DNA of 64,000 nt, from positions 128,001 through 192,000 of the IMG/VR virus record IMGVR_UViG_3300026549_000029; one strand, written 5' to 3'. This stretch comes from a virus (taxonomy: Duplodnaviria; Caudoviricetes). The translations under genes were made by a program, and so were the position numbers. This document shows, one piece after another, positions 30,623 through 42,200 of the stretch. Position 1 is the stretch's first letter; every line of letters starts with the position of its first letter. Under the pieces are notes generated by a model, which ran no database searches, was not told the origin of the DNA, and worked only from the letters and a program-made list of their open reading frames with translations.

Positions 30623-31323
30623 ATTATATTGATATTGATCAAGTAGCAGATCAAGTTAAGCATTTATTATGGTCTTTTAATTCTATTAAAATTTCAGCAA
30701 ATCAAATAAAGATTTTTATGTTATATTTATTAAGAACTTTAACTGGTTCTTTTATGTGTAAAATGAATGGATATGTACCAATTGAAAATGAGGATTGTGA
30801 ATGGGGTCTTAATGGAAATACATTTAATGGTAAAATTATATTAAATAGATCACTACCAGGTTTTGCAATAAGAATAAGTTTTTATTCAATGACATTAGAT
30901 TATGAAATATGTAATATAAGAATAAAACAATTAATAGATAAAATTTTATTTAAGATTAAAGATAATCATAATATAATTTATAATACTGATCAATATCTTT
31001 GCCCTATTTCTGATGAGGATTATGAGTTATATGCAATTATTATGCTTACTATTTTTCAATATTTATCTACAAAGATAATTAATAAAAAAGAAAATGTTTA
31101 TTTAATAGATTTTTGTAGAGATGATTATATTAAAAGTATTATTCCTAATAAAAGAAGAACTTGTTTTATAGTATCTTATGATGGAATTATGATTTCTGAG
31201 AATAATAGTATATATAGTATCATAATCGAAAAAATAAAAAGAAAAGAAATAGATGATTATGTAAATACTAATACCATAGATATATCTAATTCAGAAGTAG
31301 ATACTATATTAGAGCTTTTATAG
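30619..31323 (+). CDS. Hypothetical protein
   Basis: GGAGG RBS; terminator at about 31332-31364. Confidence 0.7.
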   Translation: MNYIDIDQVADQVKHLLWSFNSIKISANQIKIFMLYLLRTLTGSFMCKMNGYVPIENEDCEWGLNGNTFNGKIILNRSLPGFAIRISFYSMTLDYEICNIRIKQLIDKILFKIKDNHNIIYNTDQYLCPISDEDYELYAIIMLTIFQYLSTKIINKKENVYLIDFCRDDYIKSIIPNKRRTCFIVSYDGIMISENNSIYSIIIEKIKRKEIDDYVNTNTIDISNSEVDTILELL

Positions 31324-31384
31324 GATATAATAAAAAAGAAAAGGTAACTACCTTTTCTTTTTTTTGCTATTTCATTACTCAAAA

Positions 31385-31396
31385 AACATCACTATA
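31385..31396 (+). promoter_or_regulatory. Late-type promoter AACA-N6-TA upstream of portal
   Basis: AACA-TCACTA-TA; same spacing upstream of terminase (58395-58406) and of several minus-strand structural genes; matches the AR9 late consensus as I recall it. Confidence 0.6.
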
Positions 31397-31426
31397 ATTT
31401 AATCCATATTAAGGAGATTATGTATT

Positions 31427-33751
31427 ATGCCTGATAATGCAAATCAGAGAAAAATAAATAAATCTCTTGATTTACTTAGACAGAGAGTAAATGATTTATA
31501 TAATAATACTTATTATACTAATGATAATTCTGAAGAATTTAAAACTCAGGTTACAGATAAATTAGATGATGCTATTAGAAAATCTACTCAACAGGATGAA
31601 GAGTTTAAGAATATATCTAATACATCTAGATTATTCCGTAAATTATTAAAGAATACATCCTCTTCTAATTCTGCTCAAGCTAAATTAGATAAAGCATTTG
31701 GTCGTGGTGGAGAAGATGATATCTCTTCTCTTTTCCAATCTACTGATATGGTAGCTTCTATGATGGAAGCTTATTCCAAAACTAAATGGATCTCTGAACT
31801 TGATAATGAATTTGATCTTATTTGTAAATATATGACAAAACTTCAAGCTGCATTGGATATCAAAAGAGATGCAGTCCTCTGTTCAGATTCTTATACTAAA
31901 GAATTCTTGGAGATTCATGCTAAAGGAGAAAATCCTCAGTCTGATAAAAATGCCGCTATTCAAAATAATATAGATGAAATGGTTAAAAAATATGACCTTT
32001 CTAACAAAGCAGAAACTTGGTATGAAGATACCTCTAAATATGGAGAAGAATTTGTATACTGTGTTCCCTACTCTGCTGCATTAGAGCAATTATTAAAAAG
32101 AAAACAAAATACTTCTTTTTCTGTAACTGAATCTGTTACTAGAAAAGAATTTAATCAAGAAATAAAGAAACTTCCTGTAACTATTACTATGGAATCAGGA
32201 GATAATAATGAACCTATTATCAAAATTAATTTTGATAAATCAAAAGTATTAAAAGAAGCAATAGAGAATAATCTTTATTTACAAAGAGCTGCAGGAAATG
32301 ATTTATTAAAAGGATTATCTGAATCATTTATAGTTCATGAAACCAATGAAAAATTTGCAGATCATTTAGAGAAAATTAATAAAGATACTACAGTAGTTAA
32401 GTTTGATAAAACTGTTAGAGATGATGAACTTGAATGGGAAGATGATGATAAATCTGCTGCAGATGGATTAGTAAATTCTAAAGGTAAAGAATCTACTAAA
32501 GTTAGAGTAAATGGTGCAGTATTAAGAGCTATTAAACATGATAGAATTATTCCTATTTATATTGAAGATACTATGTTTGGAGCATACTATATTAGATTTA
32601 ATCAATTTGAAGATCTTGATTTGAATGCTACTGGAAATATAAAAGGATATAACTCTATAACTGGTATGTTTAATAATGGACAAATTTCTACACAAGTTAC
32701 TACTAATGAAGATGTAGAAAATCAAAAGAATCTTCTTCTTAGAACTTTAGCAGGAAAGATTTCACAGAAAATTGATGCTGCTTTTATTAATTCTAATACA
32801 GATTTAAAAGATGAGATTTATAAAATCTTGAAATTTAATGATAAATATAATCAGATTTCTCATACTTTAGATATGGATATTGTATTTATTCCAAGTGATG
32901 ATATTCATCATTTAAAGTTTAAAGAAGATCCTGATACACATAGAGGAATCTCCGATCTTTGGGATGCTTTAGTACCTGCTAAGCAATGGATTACACTTAC
33001 ATTAACTTCTGTATTAGGTTGGGCTACTAGAGGTTTTGATAGAAGAGTATACTATGTAAAGCAATCTCTTGATACTAATACAGCACAGAGCTTATTGAAT
33101 GTAATTACTACTATTAAAAAAGGTAATTTTGGAGTAAGACAGATGGAATCTGTAAACAATATCTTAGGTATTGTTGGTAGGTTTAATGATTTTGTTATTC
33201 CTATGGGACCTTCTGGAGATGCTCCTATTCAGTTTGATACTATGCCTGGGCAACAGTTTGATTTTCCTACAGATCTACAATCTAACTTAGAAGAATCAGC
33301 TGTAAACTCAACTGGGGTTCCTTTAGAGATAGTAAATAGTTCAACTGGGATGGACTTTGCTGTTAGATATACTATGACTAATGCAAAGTTATTAAGAAAT
33401 GTATTAAAGAGACAACTTAAAATGGAAGATTTCTTATCTGAAGTCTTTACTAAGATTTATAGATTTGAATATGATGAGAATATTACTCTTGAAGTTACAT
33501 TACCACCACCTGCATTCTTGAGTATGACTCAGGGAACACAGCTTTTGAATTCTGCTACACAATATGCAGATTCTATTACAGAAGTAGAAATGAGCGGTCA
33601 GAGTGATGAAGCTAAAGCTTTATTTAAGAAGAGATTGATTAGAAAATTAATTCCTTCTTATATGAGTGATGAAGAAATAGAGAAGATTAAAGATCAGATT
33701 TCTCTTGATAATAGTATACAGAAATCTAAAGGTGAAGATGAGTTTGAATAA
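31427..33751 (+). CDS. Portal protein
   Basis: TRGFDRRVYYV resembles the T4 gp20-type RAPERRVFY motif; also IQFDTMPGQ and STGVP; size and late promoter fit. Confidence 0.75.
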   Translation: MPDNANQRKINKSLDLLRQRVNDLYNNTYYTNDNSEEFKTQVTDKLDDAIRKSTQQDEEFKNISNTSRLFRKLLKNTSSSNSAQAKLDKAFGRGGEDDISSLFQSTDMVASMMEAYSKTKWISELDNEFDLICKYMTKLQAALDIKRDAVLCSDSYTKEFLEIHAKGENPQSDKNAAIQNNIDEMVKKYDLSNKAETWYEDTSKYGEEFVYCVPYSAALEQLLKRKQNTSFSVTESVTRKEFNQEIKKLPVTITMESGDNNEPIIKINFDKSKVLKEAIENNLYLQRAAGNDLLKGLSESFIVHETNEKFADHLEKINKDTTVVKFDKTVRDDELEWEDDDKSAADGLVNSKGKESTKVRVNGAVLRAIKHDRIIPIYIEDTMFGAYYIRFNQFEDLDLNATGNIKGYNSITGMFNNGQISTQVTTNEDVENQKNLLLRTLAGKISQKIDAAFINSNTDLKDEIYKILKFNDKYNQISHTLDMDIVFIPSDDIHHLKFKEDPDTHRGISDLWDALVPAKQWITLTLTSVLGWATRGFDRRVYYVKQSLDTNTAQSLLNVITTIKKGNFGVRQMESVNNILGIVGRFNDFVIPMGPSGDAPIQFDTMPGQQFDFPTDLQSNLEESAVNSTGVPLEIVNSSTGMDFAVRYTMTNAKLLRNVLKRQLKMEDFLSEVFTKIYRFEYDENITLEVTLPPPAFLSMTQGTQLLNSATQYADSITEVEMSGQSDEAKALFKKRLIRKLIPSYMSDEEIEKIKDQISLDNSIQKSKGEDEFE

Positions 33752-33757
33752 TATAAA

Positions 33758-33779
33758 GGGTAGGAAGCAATTCCTACCC
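33758..33779 (+). terminator. Intrinsic terminator
   Basis: GGGTAGGAA-GCAA-TTCCTACCC plus T-rich tail. Confidence 0.8.
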
Positions 33780-33848
33780 ATATTTTTAAATTTTTAAAAA
33801 GATATTATAATATAAATAGAAAAGATATAAAAATTGGAGGATATTTTT

Positions 33849-34361
33849 ATGTGGAAGCCAAAGAAGAAAAAGAAATATAAAAACAAGAAAATCTATGTCC
33901 ATTATGGATCAGATTTTCTTAATAAAGATATGTCAATTGAAGAATGGGATAGTGGTGATAAACCTAAAGGAATCTGGGCTTCTCCGAAAAATACTAATTG
34001 GGGATGGAAAGATTGGTGTGAATATGAATATTTTGAAGTTCATAAACTTAAGTTATCTTTTGAATTTAAACTTAAAAGAAAAAGTAGAATTCTTAAAATA
34101 AGAAAAATTGAGGATATATGGCCATATTTGAAAGAGATTGAAGATGAAAGTCTTTGGTGGTGGCCAAGTCGATATGAAGATTATAAATATGAACTTGATA
34201 AGAAAAAGATATATAATAAATTTGATGGGATGGAATTATTTATGAGAAATAATTATGGATATTTCCATAACCATTCCCATATTTTTACTACATGGGATGT
34301 TGATTCTATAGTAATATGGAATCTTGATATTATAGAACTTATAAAAAAGAAAGCAGATTAA
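33849..34361 (+). CDS. Hypothetical Trp-rich early protein
   Basis: Early promoter at 33800, GGAGG RBS before ATG 33849; YVHYG...KPKGIWASP...WDVDS. Confidence 0.7.
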   Translation: MWKPKKKKKYKNKKIYVHYGSDFLNKDMSIEEWDSGDKPKGIWASPKNTNWGWKDWCEYEYFEVHKLKLSFEFKLKRKSRILKIRKIEDIWPYLKEIEDESLWWWPSRYEDYKYELDKKKIYNKFDGMELFMRNNYGYFHNHSHIFTTWDVDSIVIWNLDIIELIKKKAD

Positions 34362-34467
34362 CCTGCTTTCTTTTTTATTTTAAAAGTTAAAATTTTAATT
34401 ATATAATATAATAATGAAAATAAATTAAACCCCACTTATGGGTTAAATAAGAGAAAGAAGGAAGAAA

Positions 34468-34743
34468 ATGACATTTTTAGTATATCATGTTCAGGAAGAT
34501 ACAGCTCCATCTCTTGAAGGAATTGTAGAAATTAAAGATTTTGATGATTTCAATAAAAAATATCTTTCAAGACGGTATTGTAATAATACATATAATAAAT
34601 TTCGATGGGTGACAATAATATCTTTATATAGTTCTGGTTATAAAAGCCTCATTGATGAATTAGCCTCAACTGGAGTAGTAGAGACTAATTTTGATATGGT
34701 ACAAGAAAAAGGAGAATATAATTATATTCTTATTAAAGATTAA
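34468..34743 (+). CDS. Small hypothetical early protein
   Basis: Promoter variant at 34401 and AAGGA RBS. Confidence 0.6.
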   Translation: MTFLVYHVQEDTAPSLEGIVEIKDFDDFNKKYLSRRYCNNTYNKFRWVTIISLYSSGYKSLIDELASTGVVETNFDMVQEKGEYNYILIKD

Positions 34744-34780
34744 TAATATAATTATATTCTTTAATATATAAATTATTAAT

Positions 34781-34805
34781 CCCCAGCAGGATAATCCTGC
34801 TGGGG
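34781..34805. terminator. Hairpin terminator between convergent genes
   Basis: CCCCAGCAGGA-TAA-TCCTGCTGGGG. Confidence 0.75.
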
Positions 34806-34846
34806 TAAATTCTTATAATCTTATTTTTTATATTAAGTTTTATTTT

Positions 34847-35773
34847 TTAGACATTTCCAAGAGGCATATTCTGGTTATACTTTTCAGCAACAGTACCTGC
34901 AAGACTAGCATTACCAAGAATGTCTTTTACAAGACCAGTATTCTCGACAATACCATCATTTCTAGTCTGACCAGTACCATCAGTCTTATAACCACCCTTC
35001 ATAACAGCCCATTCATAATCATTGAAATCAAGAACAATCTTTCTCGGACTACCATTGGTCTGAGAGATATCATTCTGCAGCATCATAGATGCATACTTAT
35101 TGACCTGGTCACCAATGATCGGGAAGCAGTTGAAGGATACATTGATTTCCTGGAATTCAATTGTACCTCTAGTAGAGTTATACAGCTGAGAGTTAGGAGC
35201 CATAGTAGGCTGAGCATTAGCCAGTAGATAAGCTCTCTCAACTTTTCTCATAGTATTATCAGTTACATAATACAAGAAAGTAAATACTTCATACTGAGGA
35301 CCAGGATCTTTATAAACAGTACCAACAAGACCATGATAAGTCTTAGCCTTGCTATAAGGATCTTTAATACCAGTGAGATAATACTGCAGATAATTAGTAA
35401 TAAGGGAACCAGATCTCTCCCAGAATGTCATTTCAACAGTAATGGAAGTATCCATAGTTACGTTATTAATAATCATAAGCTCATTAGTACCATTAGAAAT
35501 AGTACCAGCATCAGCAGTAATATCAGGAATACCAGAAAGACCTCTAAATTCACCTTCCATGATATGGACAAGTCCATCCTGAAGAGTCTTAACTGCAGCA
35601 TTCTTATTAGCAAGCTGAGTCATAAAATCAGGAACACCAACAACAGTAAGGAAGGAGTAACCTGATTCAAAGACATCAAACTGCTTTAAATTGGAAAAAT
35701 CAGTAACGCCTTTCATCAGAGTGTATTCTGTAACACTTCTGGGCATCTTAATATAATTAAGACCAGCAGCCAT
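34847..35773 (-). CDS. Tail tube protein
   Basis: Directly downstream of the sheath, ~300 aa, high-expression codon usage, AGGAGG RBS. Confidence 0.72.
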   Translation of the reverse strand: MAAGLNYIKMPRSVTEYTLMKGVTDFSNLKQFDVFESGYSFLTVVGVPDFMTQLANKNAAVKTLQDGLVHIMEGEFRGLSGIPDITADAGTISNGTNELMIINNVTMDTSITVEMTFWERSGSLITNYLQYYLTGIKDPYSKAKTYHGLVGTVYKDPGPQYEVFTFLYYVTDNTMRKVERAYLLANAQPTMAPNSQLYNSTRGTIEFQEINVSFNCFPIIGDQVNKYASMMLQNDISQTNGSPRKIVLDFNDYEWAVMKGGYKTDGTGQTRNDGIVENTGLVKDILGNASLAGTVAEKYNQNMPLGNV

Positions 35774-35790
35774 ATTTTACTTCCTCCTTA

Positions 35791-37659
35791 TTAATATGCT
35801 GGATTCGAATCAGGGGACCCTTCAATAGCAAAGACATCAAAGATTTCACCCTGCGGGAAGTCCTTATAATAACAATACAGGGAAGCATTGAAGATCTTCT
35901 GAGCAGTCATAACATCATCACGAGTATAGATCAGCTCAATAGACTTAAAGTACTTCTCATAGTAACTAATAACATTATCATGAATCAGCTTCTTATACTG
36001 GGCAAAATCATTTCCATCCATAAGCATGAATCTGATCTTCGGAGTATACCTTCTAATATCCTTGATACACATCTGAGTGATAATGACATTAGAAGAGAAG
36101 CTAAGAGGACCCCAATGATCCTGAGAAGTATAAGTGGACTGAACACTAACAATACCATCATCAGAGGAATAGTTAGCATAGTTTACTCTCAGGTCATCAA
36201 GTTCAGTCTTCATATCTCTGCTAGGAGTAATACGAGGAATAATATTCAAAGTATTACCAACCATTTCAGTGATAATGAAGTTATTGAATTCTCCAGCAAT
36301 AGGAGCATTCGGGTTATTCATATAATGAGATACAAGAAGAGGGGCAATACCATGAAGCATTGTAACCTTAACCTGCTTCTTAGAGAAGTCATCAATAATA
36401 TCATAAGTAGTCATATAGTCACCAACAAACGGACTATGGACCCAATCACTAGAAGTAATCTTATTGATAACTTCATCAATATTATCAGGTTCAAGGCCAA
36501 GATCTCTAAAGTAGAAGAAATCTTCTCTAAATGCAGCAAGATCAACAATAAGACTCTTAACTTCATCAGGATAGTTTGCATCTACACAGAAATCAATCTT
36601 ATGATAATCAAGATCATAGATCTCATCATAAGAATAGAAGAAGTTAGGATCTTCTGCACTCAGAAATGCTGTGGCAGCAGTAATCCAGGCATCAGTAGCA
36701 CCATTTTCACCAGGGAATGGAGCATCACCAAATGAACCATTGTCTCCACCTTTAAGAGTATATCCATAAGTAGAAGACATATCAATACCATCAGCACCAC
36801 TAAAGTCTACAGTAAATGTAGTAAGAGAATTACCCTTCTTATCCTTACCATTCAGAATATCAAGATTATAGAAAGTATCATAATCAATAGTAGTTACACC
36901 ATCAGTAGTGATAGTATAACCAGCTTCTGTAGCAAGCTTATCAACAAAGTTCTGGAAAGATTCTTTGCAGTAAGCAGCATGAAGCTGACCAATAGTAGAC
37001 TTCTGAAGAGCCATATTCTTTTTAGTAGTATAATTATAAGTAATAGCATCAGGATTAAGAGAGAATCTACCGGAATCTACAGTAGTTACCCCTTCAATGT
37101 CCTGAATAGTATAAAGCATAAAATCAAGAGTCTTAGAGCCATCATAATCAGGTGCAATTCTGACGTTCTTATAAGACATACCTCTACCATTATCACAGAT
37201 TACAAACAGAGGGAACTTGGTAGTAGTTTCAAGAGCCTCAGCTGCACCCATAACCTGATCAAAAGTAGCAGCATTCTCAATTTTCTGCTTAGTAAATTTA
37301 ACTTTTACTGATCTAGGAGTAGCATCCTGACCTTCGCCAGAAGCTTCAGTAACAACAATTTCTGCAAGAATGACAAGGTTAGCAAGAGTAGCATCCTCAG
37401 CAACAAGTCTCTTACCAAGAACTCTACCTCCAGCAGCCAGAATCTTATGAGCTTGGATTAAAGGCTGACCATGCTTAAAGAAATCAGCATTATTTCCATA
37501 CATTTTCTTAAAGTCTGTATAAGTGAAATCGGTGATTTCTTCGGTACCCTTATCTGCTGAAAAGACACAAAGAAACAGAGGAAGCGATTCATTATTACTT
37601 TCTGTAACTGCATCGCTCATCAGCACTTCATGCCAATTTACTTTGGTTCCAGCATACAT
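35791..37659 (-). CDS. Contractile tail sheath protein
   Basis: KHGQP, RLVAEDATLAN, LKGGDNGSFG, DANYPDEVK and LRVNY motifs of jumbo-phage sheath proteins. Confidence 0.82.
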   Translation of the reverse strand: MYAGTKVNWHEVLMSDAVTESNNESLPLFLCVFSADKGTEEITDFTYTDFKKMYGNNADFFKHGQPLIQAHKILAAGGRVLGKRLVAEDATLANLVILAEIVVTEASGEGQDATPRSVKVKFTKQKIENAATFDQVMGAAEALETTTKFPLFVICDNGRGMSYKNVRIAPDYDGSKTLDFMLYTIQDIEGVTTVDSGRFSLNPDAITYNYTTKKNMALQKSTIGQLHAAYCKESFQNFVDKLATEAGYTITTDGVTTIDYDTFYNLDILNGKDKKGNSLTTFTVDFSGADGIDMSSTYGYTLKGGDNGSFGDAPFPGENGATDAWITAATAFLSAEDPNFFYSYDEIYDLDYHKIDFCVDANYPDEVKSLIVDLAAFREDFFYFRDLGLEPDNIDEVINKITSSDWVHSPFVGDYMTTYDIIDDFSKKQVKVTMLHGIAPLLVSHYMNNPNAPIAGEFNNFIITEMVGNTLNIIPRITPSRDMKTELDDLRVNYANYSSDDGIVSVQSTYTSQDHWGPLSFSSNVIITQMCIKDIRRYTPKIRFMLMDGNDFAQYKKLIHDNVISYYEKYFKSIELIYTRDDVMTAQKIFNASLYCYYKDFPQGEIFDVFAIEGSPDSNPAY

Positions 37660-37743
37660 AAGCTGTATCCTCCTTTAAGTATAGAAATCATTTATCAATA
37701 ATATTAATAATATTTTATTTTTTCTTTTCTCGTATATATTTAA

Positions 37744-38520
37744 TTACATCATAAGAACTCTCTCTAATGGACTTTCTTTATGTCTCTTACCATTCTTCTC
37801 ATCTTCAGATAATAAAACAGCAGACATTATAGATTCATCCAAATTCTCAGATGTAAGAGAAACAAATGGAGATACATATTTAGCTGCATCTTTAATAGAA
37901 ATAGATTTAAAACCATGCATTTGTTTATCAATTGTCTTAGACATTCTAAAAGGTTTAGATATATCTTCAGGATCTCTACAGATTTTTGAATAGATTAAAC
38001 CCATTGCTTGAGCATGAACAGAATATCCTTTAGAGTTTAACTCCATACTTTCAAAAGGAAATTTATAAAGAGAAGAATAGTCAAGATTATTTGGAATTCT
38101 ACCCGTTTGAATATGTAATCTAAATAATTCAGATACATTATCTATATTCTGTTCTGTATGACATCTTGTAATGAGTTGATCACCTTTCTCAAATCTTAAA
38201 ATCCTATAATTAGAAGCATCTAAATGTTCTTCTAGAGCAATATCTTTTTTCTTTTCTATGGATCTAGGTTTACAAATAAACTTAGTAGGAAAAGAAAAAG
38301 ACATTAGTTTTCCAGGAGTACCATTTTTAGAGTAGATTCTATAACAGAAAGATCCAAAGAGTTCTATATAAGAACCTTGAATGCTTGCTGATGTAGATTT
38401 ACCACCCTCAAAATATTCTTCTGGTATATAATATTCAAGATAGCCATCCTCATTAAATAAAAGAGCGTCCCCTTCTCTTTTACTAAAAGGTGGTATATCT
38501 AAATATTTAAATTCAATCAT
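37744..38520 (-). CDS. Probable virion RNAP beta-prime C-terminal subunit (phiKZ gp176 / SPN3US gp244-like)
   Basis: C-terminal SPFVSLTSENLDESIMSAV...ESPLERVL resembles the RpoC end (SF..AASF.E....L..AA......L.ENV); ~260 aa; late-type promoter AACT-CCATAA-TA. Confidence 0.5.
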   Translation of the reverse strand: MIEFKYLDIPPFSKREGDALLFNEDGYLEYYIPEEYFEGGKSTSASIQGSYIELFGSFCYRIYSKNGTPGKLMSFSFPTKFICKPRSIEKKKDIALEEHLDASNYRILRFEKGDQLITRCHTEQNIDNVSELFRLHIQTGRIPNNLDYSSLYKFPFESMELNSKGYSVHAQAMGLIYSKICRDPEDISKPFRMSKTIDKQMHGFKSISIKDAAKYVSPFVSLTSENLDESIMSAVLLSEDEKNGKRHKESPLERVLMM

Positions 38521-38580
38521 ACCAAAATACTACCTCCAAATATAGGTATTATTATGGAGTTATAATTTATAAAAATAAAC

Positions 38581-39108
38581 TTATTTTAATACTAATGTTT
38601 CCCCATCAACTTCAGCTGTAATATATCCAATTTCAGATTTTTTAAATTCTACATTCTGTGAACCATCTATTGATTTAGTAGCTCCACCTACTGTTATACT
38701 AACAGCAGAATGTAACTTATCTGCTGTTGCAGAATTTCCTCCATAAGATGAAATAGGAATAGCTACTCCATTTGCATCAAAATAAACAGGTAATGTAGCA
38801 TCACCTTTTGATGTAACATTAGTTTTAGGTTCATAATAAGTAGAAATAATATTACCAGATGAATCTTTTTCAGCAGAAGTTGCAACAGCAGTAGATGGAA
38901 GAGCTCCAATATCAGTAGCTGTAATATTTACATAACCAGTTCTATAATCTTCTTCAGTATCACCTTTAACCCCCTTAACAGATCCTAAATTTCTTATAGC
39001 ACCTGCCATTAAAGAGGGAGTATATGTAGTTTCATTATCATTATTAACTTCTCTAATAGCATCAGCAATATCAGAGTAGTATTGATCATCTGTAGTTATG
39101 AGTCCCAT
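38581..39108 (-). CDS. Tail/head fibre-associated protein
   Basis: GVKGDTEEDYRTGYVNITATDIGA shared with the giant fibre; GNSATADKL...IDGSQNV fibre motif; ends VDGETLVLK. Confidence 0.7.
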   Translation of the reverse strand: MGLITTDDQYYSDIADAIREVNNDNETTYTPSLMAGAIRNLGSVKGVKGDTEEDYRTGYVNITATDIGALPSTAVATSAEKDSSGNIISTYYEPKTNVTSKGDATLPVYFDANGVAIPISSYGGNSATADKLHSAVSITVGGATKSIDGSQNVEFKKSEIGYITAEVDGETLVLK

Positions 39109-39160
39109 TTATCTGACTATCCTTTCATAACATTATTAATTTAAAGTTTTCTAAATAAAG

Positions 39161-39186
39161 GAGAGGAGGAGTAATTTCCTCCTCTC
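39161..39186. terminator. Hairpin terminator
   Basis: GAGAGGAGGA-GTAATT-TCCTCCTCTC. Confidence 0.75.
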
Positions 39187-39229
39187 TAATATATTTAGTT
39201 AAAAATAATGCTATGAAATTTAAAAATAA

Positions 39230-42200
39230 TTAGAATACATAAAGTGTAGTTCCATCAACATATGAAGCTTTAGTAAGTCCAGCAGCAGCAGTAGTAGCAG
39301 CAGCATAAGTAGTATTAGTATCAGTATTATACTTAGTACCTGCTTGCCATCCAGCTCCAGTTAATACATAACCAGTAGTAGCCCAGCTAGTAGTACCAGA
39401 CTTAGCTGCAGGTACTAAACCATTAGCTGCAGATGTAAATGTTGCATAAGTAGTATCAGTATTATACTTGGCTCCAGCAGCCCAACCTGTACCCGTTAAT
39501 ACATAACCACTAGTAGCCTGGGTTGTAGTAGGAGCAGGTACTAAACCAGCAGATCCAGAACCGAAATTAGCATAAGTAGTATCAGTATTATACTTGGCTC
39601 CAGCAGCCCAACCTGTACCAGTAAGAACATATCCACTAGTAGCTTGGTCTGTAGTAGGAGCAGGTACTAAACCAGCAGATCCAGAACCGAAATTAGCATA
39701 AGTAGTATCAGTATTATACTTAGTACCAGATTGCCAACCAGCTCCAGTTAATACATATGCAGAAGTTAAGTAAGAAGTAGATCCATTTTTTGCAGCAGGT
39801 ACTAAACCATTAGCTGCAGAAGTAAATGTAGCATAAGTAGTATTATTATCAGTATTATACTTAGTACCAGCAGCCCAACCAGCTCCAGTTAATACATAAC
39901 CTGTAGTAGCATAATTGGTAGTACCAGACTTAGCAGCAGGAACAAGACCATTAGCTGCAGATGTAAATGTGGAATTGGAAGCAATACCTAATCCAGTAAT
40001 ATCACTCTGAGATACAGCAGTAGCACCACTTACATGTCCAGTTCCATCCACTGCTACTTTATAAAGTCCAGATGCTGCAGATGTATAAGTAGGATGAGTA
40101 TAATTATTAGCATTATCTGCTATACCATCTAATTTAGATTTATCAGTACTAGTCATAAGACCATTTGCAGCAGTAGTAACAGCAGCATAAGTAGTATTAT
40201 TATCTACATTATACTTAGTACCTGCTTGCCATCCTGCACCTGTTAATACATAACCAGTGGTAGCTAAGTTAGTAGTACCAGATTTAGCTGCAGGAACTAA
40301 ACCATTAGCTGCAGATGTAAATGTTGCATAAGTAGTATTAGTATCAGTATTATACTTAGTACCTGCTTGCCATCCAGCTCCTGTTAATACATATCCACTA
40401 GTAGCTTGGTCTGTAGTAGGAGCAGGTACTAAACCAGCAGATCCAGAACCGAAATTAGCATATGTAGTATCAGTATTATATTTAGTACCAGAAGCCCAAC
40501 CTGCACCTGTTAATACATATGCAGATGTAGCATAATTGGTAGTACCATTCTTAGCTGCAGGAACAAGTCCGCTAGCTGCAGATGTAAAATTAGCATAAGT
40601 AGTATCACTACCCGGAATACCAAGTCCAGTAATGTCTGCTTTAGCTACTGCAGCAGTAGCAGATACATGTCCAGTTCCATCTACAGTAAACTTTCTTAAT
40701 GCAGATGCTGCAGATGTATAAGTAGGATGAGTATAGTTATTAGCACTAGCTGCTATTGCATCTAATTTAGTCTTATCTGTAGATGTCATAAGACCATCTG
40801 CAGCGGTAGTGACAGCTGCATATGTAGTATTATTATCTACATTATACTTAGTACCAGCTTTCCAACCTGCACCTGTTAATACATATGCAGATGTAGCATA
40901 ATTAGTAGTACCAGACTTAGCTGCAGGTACTAAACCATTAGCTGCACTAGTAAATGTAGCATAAGTAGTATCTTGTGCAGGAATACCTAATCCAGTAATA
41001 TCATCTTTAACTATAGCAGTAGCACCACTTACATGTCCAGTTCCATCCACTGCTACTTTATAAAGTCCAGATGCTGCAGATGTATAGCTAGGATGAGTAT
41101 AATTATTAGCATTATCTGCTATACCATCTAATTTAGATTTATCAGTACTGGTCATTAATCCATCTGCACCAGTAGTGACAGCAGCATAAGTAGTATTAGT
41201 ATCTGTATTATACTTAGTACCTGCTTTCCAACCTGCACCAGTAAGAACATACGCAGAAGTTAAGTAAGAGGTAGATCCAGACTTAGCTGCAGGTACTAAA
41301 CCATTAGCTGCACTAGTAAATGTAGCATATGTAGTATCGGTATTATACTTAGTACCAGCAGCCCAACCTGTACCAGTAAGAACATATCCACTAGTAGCTT
41401 GGTCTGTAGTAGGAGCAGGTACTAAACCAGCAGATCCAGAACCAAAATTAGCATAAGTAGTATCACTACCTGGAATACCTAATCCAGTAATATCTGCTTT
41501 TGCAACAGCAGCAGTAGCAGATACATGTCCAGTACCATCTACAGTAAACTTTCTAAGAGCACTAGCAGCAGATGTATAAGTAGGATGAGTATAGTTATTA
41601 GCAGAAGTATCAATAGAATCTAACTTAGTCTTATCAGTAGATGTCATAAGACCATTAGCAGATCCTGATACTGCTGCATAAGTAGTATCAGTATTATACT
41701 TAGTACCAGCTTTCCAACCTGCACCAGTTAATACATATGCAGAAGTTAAGTAAGATGTAGATCCATTTTTAGCAGCAGGAACAAGCCCATTAGCTGCAGA
41801 TGTAAATGCTGCATAAGTAGTATCCTGTGCCGGAATACCTAAATTAGTAATATCAGTTTTTTCAACAGCAGTAGCACCACTTACATGTCCAGTTCCATCC
41901 ACTGCTACTTTATAAAGTCCAGATGCTGCAGATGTATAAGTAGGATGAGTATAATTATTAGCATTATCTGCTATACCATCTAACTTAGTCTTATCTGTAG
42001 ATGTCATAAGACCATTTACAGCAGTAGTAACAGCTGCATATGTAGTATTATTATCTACATTGTACTTAGTACCTGCTTGCCATCCAGCTCCAGTTAATAC
42101 ATAACCAGTAGTAGCATAGTTAGTAGTACCATTCTTTGCAGCAGGAACAAGACCATTTGCTATAGAAGTAAATGCTGCATAAGTAGTATCTTGTGCAGGA

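Noticed and set aside
33849-34361. ADP-ribosyltransferase-like toxin
   Set aside because: Only a vague H-Y-G / aromatic-S pattern; cannot be supported without a profile search.
35798-35822. GGATTCGAATC resembling a tRNA T-arm
   Set aside because: Lies within the sheath coding sequence and forms no cloverleaf; no tRNA gene was recognised in the window.
35333-37311. + strand ORFs 35333..35665, 35980..36735 and 36979..37311
   Set aside because: Antisense shadows of the codon-biased sheath and tube genes; no RBS, Ile/Ser/Asn-rich nonsense composition.
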